Shown here in pieces: positions 18,692 through 28,508 of a stretch of DNA of 64,000 bases (the stretch's first letter is position 1; the number at the start of each line of letters is the position of its first letter). The position numbers and the translations under genes are program-made. Origin of the DNA: Pseudomonas phage EL; sequence record AJ697969.1. One strand, given 5' to 3'. The notes below the pieces were generated by a model. The model worked only from the letters and a program-made list of their open reading frames with translations. It ran no database searches and was not told the DNA's origin.

Positions 18692-19048
18692 ATGTTATCT
18701 ATGAGTCAAGTCAAGAAAGCGATGAAAGGTGTTCTGAAAGGTAACAGTCGAACGGCCGATAAGTTTGTATTATGGATGCCAGTTGAGCTACGCGATAAGG
18801 TTAGCGAACGCGCAACGGCCAATGGGCGGAGTATGAATGCTGAATTTATCATGCTCATACAGGCTGCGATAGCCAGTGGGAACACAGGTGGAACCCAAAT
18901 AAGGACTATTCCATCGGTAGGTGACCCTGTTCGGGTTGAAGGGCTCCCAGGTGTGGTGACTGAATTGATACCGACACCGACTGGATTAAAGATCCGGGCA
19001 AAAACCTGTGAGGGAGAGGATATTTATTCGTTATGGGAGATTGTTTGA
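18692..19048 (+). CDS. Arc/MetJ-type ribbon-helix-helix DNA-binding protein with C-terminal extension
   Basis: 118 aa. FVLWMPVELRDKVSERATANGRSMNAEFIMLIQAAI aligns with the Arc repressor pattern (FNLRWPREVLDLVRKVAEENGRSVNSEIYQRVMESF). Confidence 0.6.
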   Translation: MLSMSQVKKAMKGVLKGNSRTADKFVLWMPVELRDKVSERATANGRSMNAEFIMLIQAAIASGNTGGTQIRTIPSVGDPVRVEGLPGVVTELIPTPTGLKIRAKTCEGEDIYSLWEIV

Positions 19049-19049
19049 T

Positions 19050-19250
19050 ATGACTCGTTTCGAGAACTCGGATAAGGAAAAGAAACCCAGTGTTCCTTTG
19101 CAGAACAAAATCGGGTTTGCGGGGATAGGGCCCGACGATGAGCCCATGTCGTGGACACTCACCCTCCCCGGTGAAAACTCGGTGGGTTACGCAGAACCCT
19201 TTCGACCTGAGAAAGAAGACCTGATCCCCCAACCGGTCTCTTTCGATTAA
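19050..19250 (+). CDS. hypothetical small acidic Pro-rich protein
   Basis: 66 aa from ATG 19050, 1 nt after the RHH gene stop (TGATATG). GGGAG SD. Same early transcription unit. Confidence 0.4.
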   Translation: MTRFENSDKEKKPSVPLQNKIGFAGIGPDDEPMSWTLTLPGENSVGYAEPFRPEKEDLIPQPVSFD

Positions 19251-19262
19251 AAGCGTTGTATA

Positions 19263-19311
19263 CCCCTACCCAGCCCTTTTCGGCTGGGTAGGGGTTAATC
19301 TCTTTATTTTT
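19263..19311. terminator. bidirectional rho-independent terminator
   Basis: cccctacccagcc cttttc ggctgggtagggg followed by a T-rich run. Lies between convergent genes. Confidence 0.7.
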
Positions 19312-19313
19312 GT

Positions 19314-20369
19314 TTACTTCACTTTGGTAACACACGACGATCTGACCAGTTCGGTGATGTCGATCATCGTAGCTGCCACCGTCACGGTGATCTTATCCAC
19401 CTCGACCACCCCACTCAGCAATCCTTTCAGCTCATCGAGTCGCTTATTGAGGGCTTCCTTATCGGTGTCGTTACTGTAGTGGTTAATTTGACCTTCCACC
19501 TTGGCAATCTTGCTCTCCAGTGCTTGGCGGGTCTCAAAGATGCTCACCCAACTGTTGGACATTGCTTCTTCACAACGACCGATTTTGCGGACAAATTCCT
19601 TAGCGGAATTGAGGTCTTTGATCGTTGTCACTTTAGGCAGGCCGATAAGTCCATTCACGTATTGCTGGATACCAATAACCATGCCGTCCGCTACGCCAGA
19701 ATCCTCACCTTCATCCGCCAGTTTCTGGTACTTCGCTTTACGCTCATTCAAACGACCCACCGCGGCTTCCAGTTTGGCGACCTGGCTGCGCATTAGACTG
19801 CTGTGAATGATTCTGGAATCAAAGACTTCCTTGATCACCTTTTTAACCTGTTCAGGTTGGTGTTCCACCGGGAGGGCTTTAATGTCGTCAAGTTTCTTAA
19901 CTACGGTCTCCTTAGCACTTTGGTCCTCGATCTTGTTGGCGATCTGAGTGGCTTCTTGGAGAACAGGACCCACGTTGGTCGTTGTCACCTTAGGACTCGC
20001 TACGGCGTCTATCGCCTTTTCAGCGGCCTTAGCGGATTCATCTACCTTATCCAGTTTGTCTTTAACGTTCTTCTTGAAGAGACCCCCGAAGATCGACTTG
20101 AACAGGTTCTTGATGTATTCCCAGGCTTTCTTAATCCCTTCGCCAATCGACGACAGGAACCCCTCATTCCCCGCCACTTCATTACGGGTCAGGTAACCCG
20201 CGGTATGGAGAACGGACTGAAGGTAACGCTGATTCGCAGTCAGGTCCATTCCTTCAGTTCCCATGACCGTATCCGAAAGACCATCGAGTACTTGCTCAAT
20301 ATGTTCCATTTCTGGAACACCGTCCATCAGTTCGTCTTCGTATTCAACCGTGTTGGCTTGCTGTTCCAT
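19314..20369 (-). CDS. hypothetical coiled-coil protein
   Basis: 351 aa, acidic N-terminus, long Lys/Glu/Ala-rich heptad-like segments. Confidence 0.6.
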   Translation of the reverse strand: MEQQANTVEYEDELMDGVPEMEHIEQVLDGLSDTVMGTEGMDLTANQRYLQSVLHTAGYLTRNEVAGNEGFLSSIGEGIKKAWEYIKNLFKSIFGGLFKKNVKDKLDKVDESAKAAEKAIDAVASPKVTTTNVGPVLQEATQIANKIEDQSAKETVVKKLDDIKALPVEHQPEQVKKVIKEVFDSRIIHSSLMRSQVAKLEAAVGRLNERKAKYQKLADEGEDSGVADGMVIGIQQYVNGLIGLPKVTTIKDLNSAKEFVRKIGRCEEAMSNSWVSIFETRQALESKIAKVEGQINHYSNDTDKEALNKRLDELKGLLSGVVEVDKITVTVAATMIDITELVRSSCVTKVK

Positions 20370-20386
20370 TATTTGCTCCTTAAGGG

Positions 20387-23209
20387 TTAAAAGAGTGAGA
20401 GAACACTCCGGGAGGTATACAAGGAATGGGTTTCAGGTTCATCCCCCATATCAAACATTTCTTGGCCGGTGATATTACCCAACAACTCATGGCCCTGTTC
20501 TTTACTCATAAGAATGTCCACTTGTTCCTTAGACCATTCCATGATGTTAATACTGCGGGTCATAATGTTGAGTTTATCCCCGGTGTCCATATCCAAGAGT
20601 TTAAAGTAACAGGGAGCATCCTGACCGGTACGCCAGGTACGGGCTTGGACCTGTTTCACTTCATACTCTCGGAAAGGGGCATTCAACAGAATGGTCAGGT
20701 TCGCCATAATCAAGGGATACCCTTCCTTCAGGGAATCAAAGATCGCAATCAACGCACGGAGAGTGGGGTCTTTCTCAAAGCGTTTGATATTGGTGTCTCG
20801 TTCGTTGCTGTTTTCACCGTATACTGTCACATTCGGATACCCGACCTTCGTGAGGTATTCCTCGCAGAGTTTAAGGGCATCCACGTAGGAGGTAAAGATC
20901 AGAGTCTTCTTCTCCACGTTATCGATGAGCTCAGGGAGTCCTGCGTGCGCAATGGTGTCTTTAATAGCGTTAATACGGGCTCGTCCTAAAACGTTCCCTA
21001 AGGCCTCTCCACGCAGTTTTAGACCCAAGTACTTAACCGCGGACTTAATGTTCCTGAAATCCTTCAGGGTGGTCCCTTTAAGGCCCTTCTCGATGTCTTC
21101 TTCCACCAGCTTACAGAACTGACTGTCTTGGTTATCCGTAAAACTGTTGTACCCCCGGGTTCTGAACCGGTGAACAATCTGTTTGTACTTCACCAGATTC
21201 TCAACCGCTTTAGCATTCCCCTGGATAGACAATTCATACGACGTCATAACATCGTTGTAGAATTCCAGGAAGCTCGGCATATGCTTCGTATAGAACGCAA
21301 TCCGTTCTCCAATGTAAATCTGCATTTGGAGGCGAATAGCATCCAAGGTGTATTGATCCGAATTCGGGATCTTCACCTTAACCAGTTCCATAGGAGGAGG
21401 ATCGCCCAATCCCACCAGTTCAGGAATGGTGAACTTCATACGTCCAATACGTCTACTCAGCAAATCCATTAACGAGGGACGGTTACGTCCATAGGACGCC
21501 ATAAAGAACTCCCGAGCCTTCTTATCGAAGTAGGGATCGATCATACAGGTCGTTGGGAAGATTTCACTCCCCTGAGCCTTTAGCGGCGTCCCTGACATCG
21601 GAAGGTGATGCCCGAACAGTTCCATGTCGCACCATTCGATCAACTTCCGTGTACGGGCTGCTTTAGGGTCATTGAAGTTCTGGGATTCATCCAGAATCAT
21701 CTTCAAAGCGCCTTTATGCTTCTTACTCAGCGCAATGAGGAAGTTCTCCAAGTATTTCCCCATACCACTGGTCATGTAATCGTAATGGACGATGTAGAAG
21801 TCATACCCTTCTTCTAAGACCTTACCGCTGATACTGGTCCAGATACGGGGTGGAACCTTAAAGTGCTGGAGGGGTTGTTCTACCCAGACTTTATCCACAA
21901 TGTTCATAGGGCAAAAGACAACCGTCGGAGCCGTATTGATCAATTGAGACCACGCCAAGGACGTAAAGGTATTGTGGGTCACGATGTAGTCATCCACCAC
22001 ATACAGCTTCTCGTCATTATCCAAGGCAATGCAGCAAGTCTCTTGATTCTCCACTTTCTCCCAGTACGCCAGCTTCAGTTGCAGGTCTTCATACTGGGAG
22101 AAGTTATACATTCCTTGAATACGGGGATTGTCTCCAATTAACCCAGTCATCATCTTGCCGACGTCTCGGTGCTTAAAGTCAACCTTATACAAACCGTTAA
22201 CCAACACTGGCTCCGTAGCTGTTCCTCCAATGGACCACATCAACCGACGGAAGTTCTCCATCCCAATCCGGTTCTCGTGATACGCGGATAAGACGGATTC
22301 ACTGATTAAACACCCCACGTGTTCAATCACCGATGTGACTATATTAAAGCGATCCCGATACGGGAGCTCCAATACGTTGTCCCCTATTACAACGTCGGTA
22401 TTGACCAGCTCCCTTGCAGCGACTTCAGAAGACGTATCGCAATGGGGGTTGCATCCATTGATCTCACCCACTAAGGGGAAGTACACATCCTCTTTACGGG
22501 CTTTATGGAGTACTTCCAACGTGGTTAAGATTTCATCGACCCCATTCACCGTGGTTTTCCACAAATGATACGGATGAGAGTCAGCCGTTCTACCGTCTTC
22601 GAAATAGAAGCGATAAACTTCCGTGATCCCCTGGGGGTAAATACTCTCCACACACGCGGTATCACCCCCGGGGGTCACTACGATATCCTTGACCTTTAGG
22701 TCACCCAAGGCTTTCCACCCATTTGGGACTTTAACCCGGGTTGAGAGAGGCATGGCTTTTCCTGAACCCGGTTTAGCATCCAACAACATCCCTTTCAAGT
22801 GATAACTGTTCACAATGATAGGGTATTGCTGAAGAAAGTCCAACTGCTGAGGAAAGGGAACTGTGTTGAACTGATTCAGTTTCTTAAGATCAAAAGGTTT
22901 ACCTCCCGGATTAACCGTATCTTTAATCCAGGTCTCGGTTTCAATGAGTTCCTTCAATTCACTCAACGCTCGTCTGCGGGTACGGAGGTTCCGTATTTTG
23001 AGGAGTTCCCCCACAATGTGGTGCAATTCTACCAGGAAGAAGTTATGCACCTTAATGGTGTCCCAGGATTCGCGTCGAATCTGATGTTTCGTTAAGAGAG
23101 AAGTGCTGTAGAACTTCTCAATGTCTTTGGCTAAATCGTAATAGGACACACCCGTAATGTGTACGTAGTCTCCCGTTTGTTTGATCTTAACTGAAAACAG
23201 TCCTAACAT
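20387..23209 (-). CDS. SNF2-family (SF2) helicase-like ATPase, intein-containing
   Basis: 940 aa. Motif I DAKPGSGK is split from its continuation TFTSLAWSQL by the intein. Motif II is MILDESQNF. Motif VI is QVQARTWRTGQDAPCYFKLL (SNF2 Q..R..R.GQ type). Confidence 0.75.
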   Translation of the reverse strand: MLGLFSVKIKQTGDYVHITGVSYYDLAKDIEKFYSTSLLTKHQIRRESWDTIKVHNFFLVELHHIVGELLKIRNLRTRRRALSELKELIETETWIKDTVNPGGKPFDLKKLNQFNTVPFPQQLDFLQQYPIIVNSYHLKGMLLDAKPGSGKAMPLSTRVKVPNGWKALGDLKVKDIVVTPGGDTACVESIYPQGITEVYRFYFEDGRTADSHPYHLWKTTVNGVDEILTTLEVLHKARKEDVYFPLVGEINGCNPHCDTSSEVAARELVNTDVVIGDNVLELPYRDRFNIVTSVIEHVGCLISESVLSAYHENRIGMENFRRLMWSIGGTATEPVLVNGLYKVDFKHRDVGKMMTGLIGDNPRIQGMYNFSQYEDLQLKLAYWEKVENQETCCIALDNDEKLYVVDDYIVTHNTFTSLAWSQLINTAPTVVFCPMNIVDKVWVEQPLQHFKVPPRIWTSISGKVLEEGYDFYIVHYDYMTSGMGKYLENFLIALSKKHKGALKMILDESQNFNDPKAARTRKLIEWCDMELFGHHLPMSGTPLKAQGSEIFPTTCMIDPYFDKKAREFFMASYGRNRPSLMDLLSRRIGRMKFTIPELVGLGDPPPMELVKVKIPNSDQYTLDAIRLQMQIYIGERIAFYTKHMPSFLEFYNDVMTSYELSIQGNAKAVENLVKYKQIVHRFRTRGYNSFTDNQDSQFCKLVEEDIEKGLKGTTLKDFRNIKSAVKYLGLKLRGEALGNVLGRARINAIKDTIAHAGLPELIDNVEKKTLIFTSYVDALKLCEEYLTKVGYPNVTVYGENSNERDTNIKRFEKDPTLRALIAIFDSLKEGYPLIMANLTILLNAPFREYEVKQVQARTWRTGQDAPCYFKLLDMDTGDKLNIMTRSINIMEWSKEQVDILMSKEQGHELLGNITGQEMFDMGDEPETHSLYTSRSVLSLF
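21971..22756 (-). mobile_element. intein (about 262 aa, Ala1, C-terminal HN, Thr+1) in helicase P-loop
   Basis: Hint block A AMPLSTRVKVPNGWKALGDLKVKDIVV aligns with the CLSGDTLVLTPDG pattern. Block B GRTADSHPYHLW is present. C-terminal block G is LYVVDDYIVTHN followed by Thr. Excising residues 152-413 restores GSGKTFTSL. Confidence 0.55.
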
Positions 23210-23238
23210 TGAAGTCGTCCTTAAAGAAGGGGTTTAAA

Positions 23239-24405
23239 ATGCGTCAAGTAGAAGTAGGATCCGCGGTCTATAACAACCTGGCTCGTCTATACGACCACCT
23301 GTGGGGTGGAGAATTGGTTGAGGTAGGCCAACGGGTAGAAGGGGAAACGGAATATCGAGATGTGCTGACCCTCGGAGATGTCGAGATCCATTACTTCTTT
23401 ACCCTCAATAAAGAAGGTAAAGAAGAAGCCTACGTGCGGTATACCCGTGACAACGGTACCCTCACGTTCCGACTGAACGAGAAGTGGACCCAATACCTCT
23501 TCAATGACGAAATCTTCACCATTCCAGAAGAGATCGTAGAGGGTATGGGGAGGGTCTCTATAGAGTTCCCCAGTAGTTGGTTACAGGTCGCGGCTAAACA
23601 CCCCGCTGATGATGTGCTTCAAGATGACCTGAAAACCACGGATAAACTGGTGATTAAGCTCTCCAATAAACTCCGTCATGCCGTGGATGTTATCACCAAG
23701 AAAAGCAACCATTTGGTTGAATGGGTGGGTAAACGTGACCACGACCTCTACCTCACGTTCAAAACCAAGAAAGACGACCTTTCTTACTTTACGGTTCGGT
23801 TTGATAAAGTCTACCCCGAAGTCCCTAAAGAAGGGATTACCCTCGGGGAAGGGGAAACGTTGGAGATTGATAACCCCGATAACCGTCAGGAAGTTAAGGA
23901 CCTTATTAAGACTATCGGTGAACTGGAACACCAAGTGAACCGACAGATTCAATATTACCGCAAGCATGCAGACCTGACTGACGCGGGTAAAGCACTCTTC
24001 GAGCAGGAAGTCCGTACCCTTCTATTTGCCGCCAGTCACTTCAGCAAACGCATTTATCCTTTCAACAGTGTGCATGGTAAGGAATGGTTGGATAAGGCGG
24101 CTAACGAGATCCTGGAGCGCCTGTACGCCTATAAAGCCACCACAGACGTTCCCTTCGGGTTGGATGTGAACAGTTGGTTCGTGTGGAGTTATCCACTGGA
24201 TGGAAGTGAGCCGGTTAAGGTCACGGATGAATCGGTTGACTTTATTGAGTGCGTACTTAATCGGTACACGGAGAGTTTTGTTGATATCCTGACGGGTTTC
24301 CTGATGGATTTGAACCACACGGAAGTCATCCGTCCGTATCACTACGTGGTGCCTGCTGACCTCAGTGACGGATACTCGATCGGCTCGATTCGTCGGGTAA
24401 AATAA
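23239..24405 (+). CDS. hypothetical protein
   Basis: ATG 23239 with AAGAAGGGG SD. Frame is open from TTG 23209. 389 aa. Divergent from the helicase gene with a ~29-nt gap. Confidence 0.55.
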   Translation: MRQVEVGSAVYNNLARLYDHLWGGELVEVGQRVEGETEYRDVLTLGDVEIHYFFTLNKEGKEEAYVRYTRDNGTLTFRLNEKWTQYLFNDEIFTIPEEIVEGMGRVSIEFPSSWLQVAAKHPADDVLQDDLKTTDKLVIKLSNKLRHAVDVITKKSNHLVEWVGKRDHDLYLTFKTKKDDLSYFTVRFDKVYPEVPKEGITLGEGETLEIDNPDNRQEVKDLIKTIGELEHQVNRQIQYYRKHADLTDAGKALFEQEVRTLLFAASHFSKRIYPFNSVHGKEWLDKAANEILERLYAYKATTDVPFGLDVNSWFVWSYPLDGSEPVKVTDESVDFIECVLNRYTESFVDILTGFLMDLNHTEVIRPYHYVVPADLSDGYSIGSIRRVK

Positions 24406-24419
24406 CGAAAACGACTATA

Positions 24420-24449
24420 CTCCAGGAGAGCCGTTGGGCTCTCCTGGAG
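24420..24449. terminator. bidirectional hairpin terminator
   Basis: ctccaggagagcc gttg ggctctcctggag between convergent genes. Confidence 0.5.
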
Positions 24450-24458
24450 TAGTCGGTA

Positions 24459-25091
24459 TTACGGTACACCCAATCGAGACTCTAGATCCTTAATGTATTC
24501 ATCCCTGGCCACTAAGGCCGCTTCCAGATCTCGAATACGAGACAAATCATTACTGTCATCCGTAATCGTGTTCTTGCGGGTGGTTTCAAACACATCATGC
24601 TCATTCTTCGAGACATACCCAATGACCGGTACAGTTCCCAAAGTGGATTTCCCTTCCACTCCGAAATGGGCTTTGATGTAGGTATCGAAATGTTGCATCG
24701 CCAAGACAAGGTTATCCTTCATCTCAGGGGGTAACGCACCACAGTCGGTGACAATACACATGCGTTCGTACGAATACCCATCTACCAACGGGAAACTCTT
24801 CAGGTAGGTAGTCAGCACATAGACCGGAGGACCACTCCGCGGTATTAACGACACCACCACGGCGTTTTCACTGATCGCCTTTTCCAGTACCGCAGGGTAA
24901 TCTGCTTCGCTGAGTCCAATGGGTTTAAAGACCCGCTCGTAGATCTTAATCTTCAATCCCTGCATTTCAGGGATCGTTCGAGTGGCCTCTACGGTGTAGA
25001 ACGTATTGGGATTCACCACGGTTGAGAAGGGTGCGATAGCTTCAAACCGTCCGGCTGCACCAATGGCTGGAATGATGTTTTGCTCAGCCAT
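24459..25091 (-). CDS. hypothetical protein
   Basis: 210-aa ORF. Stop is 3 nt from the start of the next minus-strand gene. Confidence 0.55.
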   Translation of the reverse strand: MAEQNIIPAIGAAGRFEAIAPFSTVVNPNTFYTVEATRTIPEMQGLKIKIYERVFKPIGLSEADYPAVLEKAISENAVVVSLIPRSGPPVYVLTTYLKSFPLVDGYSYERMCIVTDCGALPPEMKDNLVLAMQHFDTYIKAHFGVEGKSTLGTVPVIGYVSKNEHDVFETTRKNTITDDSNDLSRIRDLEAALVARDEYIKDLESRLGVP

Positions 25092-25094
25092 TCA

Positions 25095-26441
25095 TTAATC
25101 CTCCTCTACAATCCCGTCTTGAATCATTTGCCACCGGGTGAACATCACGTATTTCACTTTACCAATACGCTTGGCCACACAGACCTTATCCAAGCGAGTC
25201 AGACGGCTGACCCCGGGAGGCAGCAAAGAGAACGGCGTAACCACTTCAGCGGCTGCTACCAGGTCCTCCATTCCACGGATAAACGCCATAGTAGCCTCAC
25301 CCATGGATCCAAAATCAGGATCCAGGGAGGGGATCAATTGGTACTGGGGAACAATTGAACGAATCTTCTGCATCCCTTGACGGTTGTTCTTTTTAGCTAC
25401 AAACCCAATCTGAACCGATTTATACAGCATGGGTAGGGTTTGGAAGGATTTTATGATGAAGTCTTCTGGTATTGTTGGGACCAAGTACTGCTTGGCAATA
25501 TCGATTTCAGTCTCACGATCGACAATGGGGGAGAACGAGCTAGCACCGGTGGTGCGGTCTACAATCCCAATCATGTCGAAACGGGGGATGGCATAGAACT
25601 CCAGCGGGTTGAAGAGATCGGGGATCTTTTCTTCCCAATCTTCACGAGGATACTTCGAATCTTTCAAGATTTCATCTTGAATCTGTTCGTAGAGCTGATC
25701 TTCCGCCTCGGTACCATTACCCCAGGACAGGATAGACCAGTACCCCATGTTGAACTTGCCGGTGTTAATCAGGTCAAGTATCTGGAATTCTTCGACGTTG
25801 CGCTCTGTATAGGGCCAGCCTGCATTCCGAGTCGCTTCATGTTCACGTTGCGCGATGACCGTCGGGGTTTCCCGTGCGAACCGCTCAGCAATCTGCTGAT
25901 AGTTCATGGTCATCAGGTTGTCCATCTCGTTTAACGGGATGGGGTGGATAATCGTAAACTGAACACGGGGATATTGGATCAGGAAGTACGCGTCAGCCAT
26001 CCACAAGTAGAACGGCTGCTTATCACCACCCACGACATGATAGCCACGAACAAAGCTCGGTAGCCAGATCGTGTTATTGGTGACCATTTCACCAACGTCT
26101 TCAATCACAACATTGGTGGTGAATTGGGCTTTGAGTAGCGCAAGGGTGTTAGGACGACTGTCAGTGATTTTCCCGCTTAGAGCTTGTTCATACAACCAGT
26201 TGGACACACCGATTTGAGCTTCAGCAATCGCTTGCGGCATAACAATCTCTGTTCCATCGGTTTCGGAATAGAAATTGACCAATACGGTTGCACTGGGAAT
26301 GTTCGCAGCCAGGGTAAACTTACCCGGGTCTTTGGCGTAACTGTTGGACTTGTTCGACAGCTCGCCAATAGGGGAGGTTGTGAGTAGACTGTTGTCGTGA
26401 AGCTTTGCTATACTTGCGAAAGAAAGGAACGTGGTACTCAT
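25095..26441 (-). CDS. hypothetical protein (possibly virion structural)
   Basis: 448-aa ORF with no recognisable motif. Confidence 0.55.
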   Translation of the reverse strand: MSTTFLSFASIAKLHDNSLLTTSPIGELSNKSNSYAKDPGKFTLAANIPSATVLVNFYSETDGTEIVMPQAIAEAQIGVSNWLYEQALSGKITDSRPNTLALLKAQFTTNVVIEDVGEMVTNNTIWLPSFVRGYHVVGGDKQPFYLWMADAYFLIQYPRVQFTIIHPIPLNEMDNLMTMNYQQIAERFARETPTVIAQREHEATRNAGWPYTERNVEEFQILDLINTGKFNMGYWSILSWGNGTEAEDQLYEQIQDEILKDSKYPREDWEEKIPDLFNPLEFYAIPRFDMIGIVDRTTGASSFSPIVDRETEIDIAKQYLVPTIPEDFIIKSFQTLPMLYKSVQIGFVAKKNNRQGMQKIRSIVPQYQLIPSLDPDFGSMGEATMAFIRGMEDLVAAAEVVTPFSLLPPGVSRLTRLDKVCVAKRIGKVKYVMFTRWQMIQDGIVEED

Positions 26442-26474
26442 GATTGGCTCACCGTTGATGTAAGGAATACGCCC

Positions 26475-26930
26475 ATGGTTTTAGGTATTGCAAAGGAGAT
26501 GGCGGATAGATTCATAGAATTCGTTCTTAAATTCTTCAAAGGGGAGTCTGCTGAAGACCAACTGAGCAAAGCCCTTAAAGTTTCAGTACTTACTATTGCC
26601 CTGCTACTGTTTGGTTTGTTTGCATTGTTGAGTAACAACCTCAACCTGCGCATGGATCTGGCGGATGCTGAAATTGGTCTGGCTAAGATTAATATGCTCT
26701 TCGACCCTACTGTGGGGGAAGGGGGACCTTTAAAAGAGTTCGTTCGTATCAATGATGCGTTGAGTCGACAACTAGACAGTGTTAAGAATCAAAATATCAT
26801 CTTGTCGAAACGAACCATTACTGCAACGGCTGAAAACAAGGTACTTAAGGAACACCTACTTAAGGTCCTTGAAGAGAACAAGATTCTACAAAATAATAAC
26901 CAAATGCTGTTGAGAAAATGTACACAATAG
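26475..26930 (+). CDS. hypothetical single-pass membrane protein with C-terminal coiled coil
   Basis: ATG 26475 with AAGGAA SD. TM helix VSVLTIALLLFGLFALL, then heptad-rich Leu/Lys/Asn tail. Confidence 0.45.
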   Translation: MVLGIAKEMADRFIEFVLKFFKGESAEDQLSKALKVSVLTIALLLFGLFALLSNNLNLRMDLADAEIGLAKINMLFDPTVGEGGPLKEFVRINDALSRQLDSVKNQNIILSKRTITATAENKVLKEHLLKVLEENKILQNNNQMLLRKCTQ

Positions 26931-26996
26931 GGACCGGTTAAATTCCACAAGGATGTGTATCCCATGTACACGCACCTACTAGAATGAGTTAACGTA

Positions 26997-28508
26997 ATGG
27001 AAGCCATCACACCGTCTGTCAACTGGGTTATGTACCTCCTGGTAGGACATAACAGCAAGTTAAAGAAAAACGGCTACTTCCTGGGTGGTCATGGGTATTC
27101 TTACGATATCCAACAAGAAGGTAAGCGTAAGCTAACCAAGGATGTCCCGACGTCGGCGGGGTATTATACCGGTAATCCTCAGAAGACCAATACGGCTGTA
27201 ACGATTCGGGATATTGTGTCGTTGACCGTAGTGAATGCGGAGAGTGAGCTGGAAGCCCTCTTGAAGGGATATTGGGAAGTCCTGAATGCCCTTACCACCG
27301 ATCCCATCCTGAAGAACCTGTGTGTCATTACCGAACACAAAGTCTTGGAAGCCTTGAGTAAGGTGGACAAGAAGAAAGTCGAAGACGCTGAAGAGTTCAA
27401 ACTCGGAAGACTGGTTTTAAGCGCAACGGAGCGAGCGGTGTTGTTAGACATCCTCACCTGCTTGGAAATAGCCAGTCAAACAGACCGTCGGGTGGTCTTC
27501 GATTTCCCAGGTGTTGCAGAAGGGGGTCAAGGGAATAAGGAAGCTGCCAAACAAAGGGACCTTGCTGAAACGATCAGTCTGTTTGGGTTTAAGAAGGAAA
27601 CCAACCTGGAAGTGGTTTCCCGTAAGGAGTATGAAAACCCAGAGGTGGAATTCAACAAGATCGTCAGTGCCTCTCGGTGGTATTTCAATACCTTGGATCC
27701 TGAAGCGTTCTATAAAGAACAACACGGGTATCGAGTGTACGGGTTTGGTAAAGTCGAACGGGATAAAACGTACTACGGTAAGCTCACCCCGGATGTGACC
27801 TACTCCAAACTCTACACCAAACGACCCCTTCGTTTACTGGATAAGTTGTTTGACTTTACGGTACAACGGATTGCCAATCCCGAGGGGTATTTGTCAGCAG
27901 GGGATCTGAACCACATTGTTACCAAGGATGTGGCGCGGTTAGTGGATCATTTCCCAGGGGTTCCTAAGGAAAAGGAACTGATCTCCCCTTTCACCAAACA
28001 GAACACGAAACCGGTTCTGATTGAGCTTATATCCCCGGTCTTGATGTCGTATCGGATCAGGGATTTCTTAATTGGGATGGATATTCTGTTTGAAGGGTTT
28101 ATGAACAAGGATACCGAGAACAGGTATGGGTATCTGACGTTCTACATTATCACGGATTTGATTTACCAGAAGGAAGTCAATGGAAAAGGGGTGGAGAAGC
28201 TTAAGCTGGATCCAGCCTTTACCCAGACTCGGGAAACGATCAGTTTAAAGGTCACTCATCCCAGCGCAATTAAACCGGTAACCATCAAGCTGTCCATTGG
28301 GTACGACACTCCGGATCGGAACGCTTTTAATTCGATTACGGACCCTAAGGTTAAGGTCTGGTGTGTGACAGACACCCGGAACAAGGAAGGTTTGCGGTAC
28401 GCGACGATTGTGGAGACGGATGAGTTTATCTATATCCATACGTCGGCGATTGCTAACCTTCGGGTGTTAACCTTGGCGGAGTTAGGACGAAGTACTGATA
28501 AAGCGTGA
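26997..28508 (+). CDS. hypothetical protein
   Basis: 503-aa ORF. Confidence 0.6.
   Translation: MEAITPSVNWVMYLLVGHNSKLKKNGYFLGGHGYSYDIQQEGKRKLTKDVPTSAGYYTGNPQKTNTAVTIRDIVSLTVVNAESELEALLKGYWEVLNALTTDPILKNLCVITEHKVLEALSKVDKKKVEDAEEFKLGRLVLSATERAVLLDILTCLEIASQTDRRVVFDFPGVAEGGQGNKEAAKQRDLAETISLFGFKKETNLEVVSRKEYENPEVEFNKIVSASRWYFNTLDPEAFYKEQHGYRVYGFGKVERDKTYYGKLTPDVTYSKLYTKRPLRLLDKLFDFTVQRIANPEGYLSAGDLNHIVTKDVARLVDHFPGVPKEKELISPFTKQNTKPVLIELISPVLMSYRIRDFLIGMDILFEGFMNKDTENRYGYLTFYIITDLIYQKEVNGKGVEKLKLDPAFTQTRETISLKVTHPSAIKPVTIKLSIGYDTPDRNAFNSITDPKVKVWCVTDTRNKEGLRYATIVETDEFIYIHTSAIANLRVLTLAELGRSTDKA

Noticed and set aside
18692-19250. RHH protein plus small downstream ORF as a type II toxin-antitoxin pair
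   Set aside because: The downstream 66-aa product is acidic and Pro-rich with no RelE/ParE/MazF-like features. The unit has a phage early promoter motif and a terminator. I treat it as a regulator plus partner rather than a toxin-antitoxin pair.
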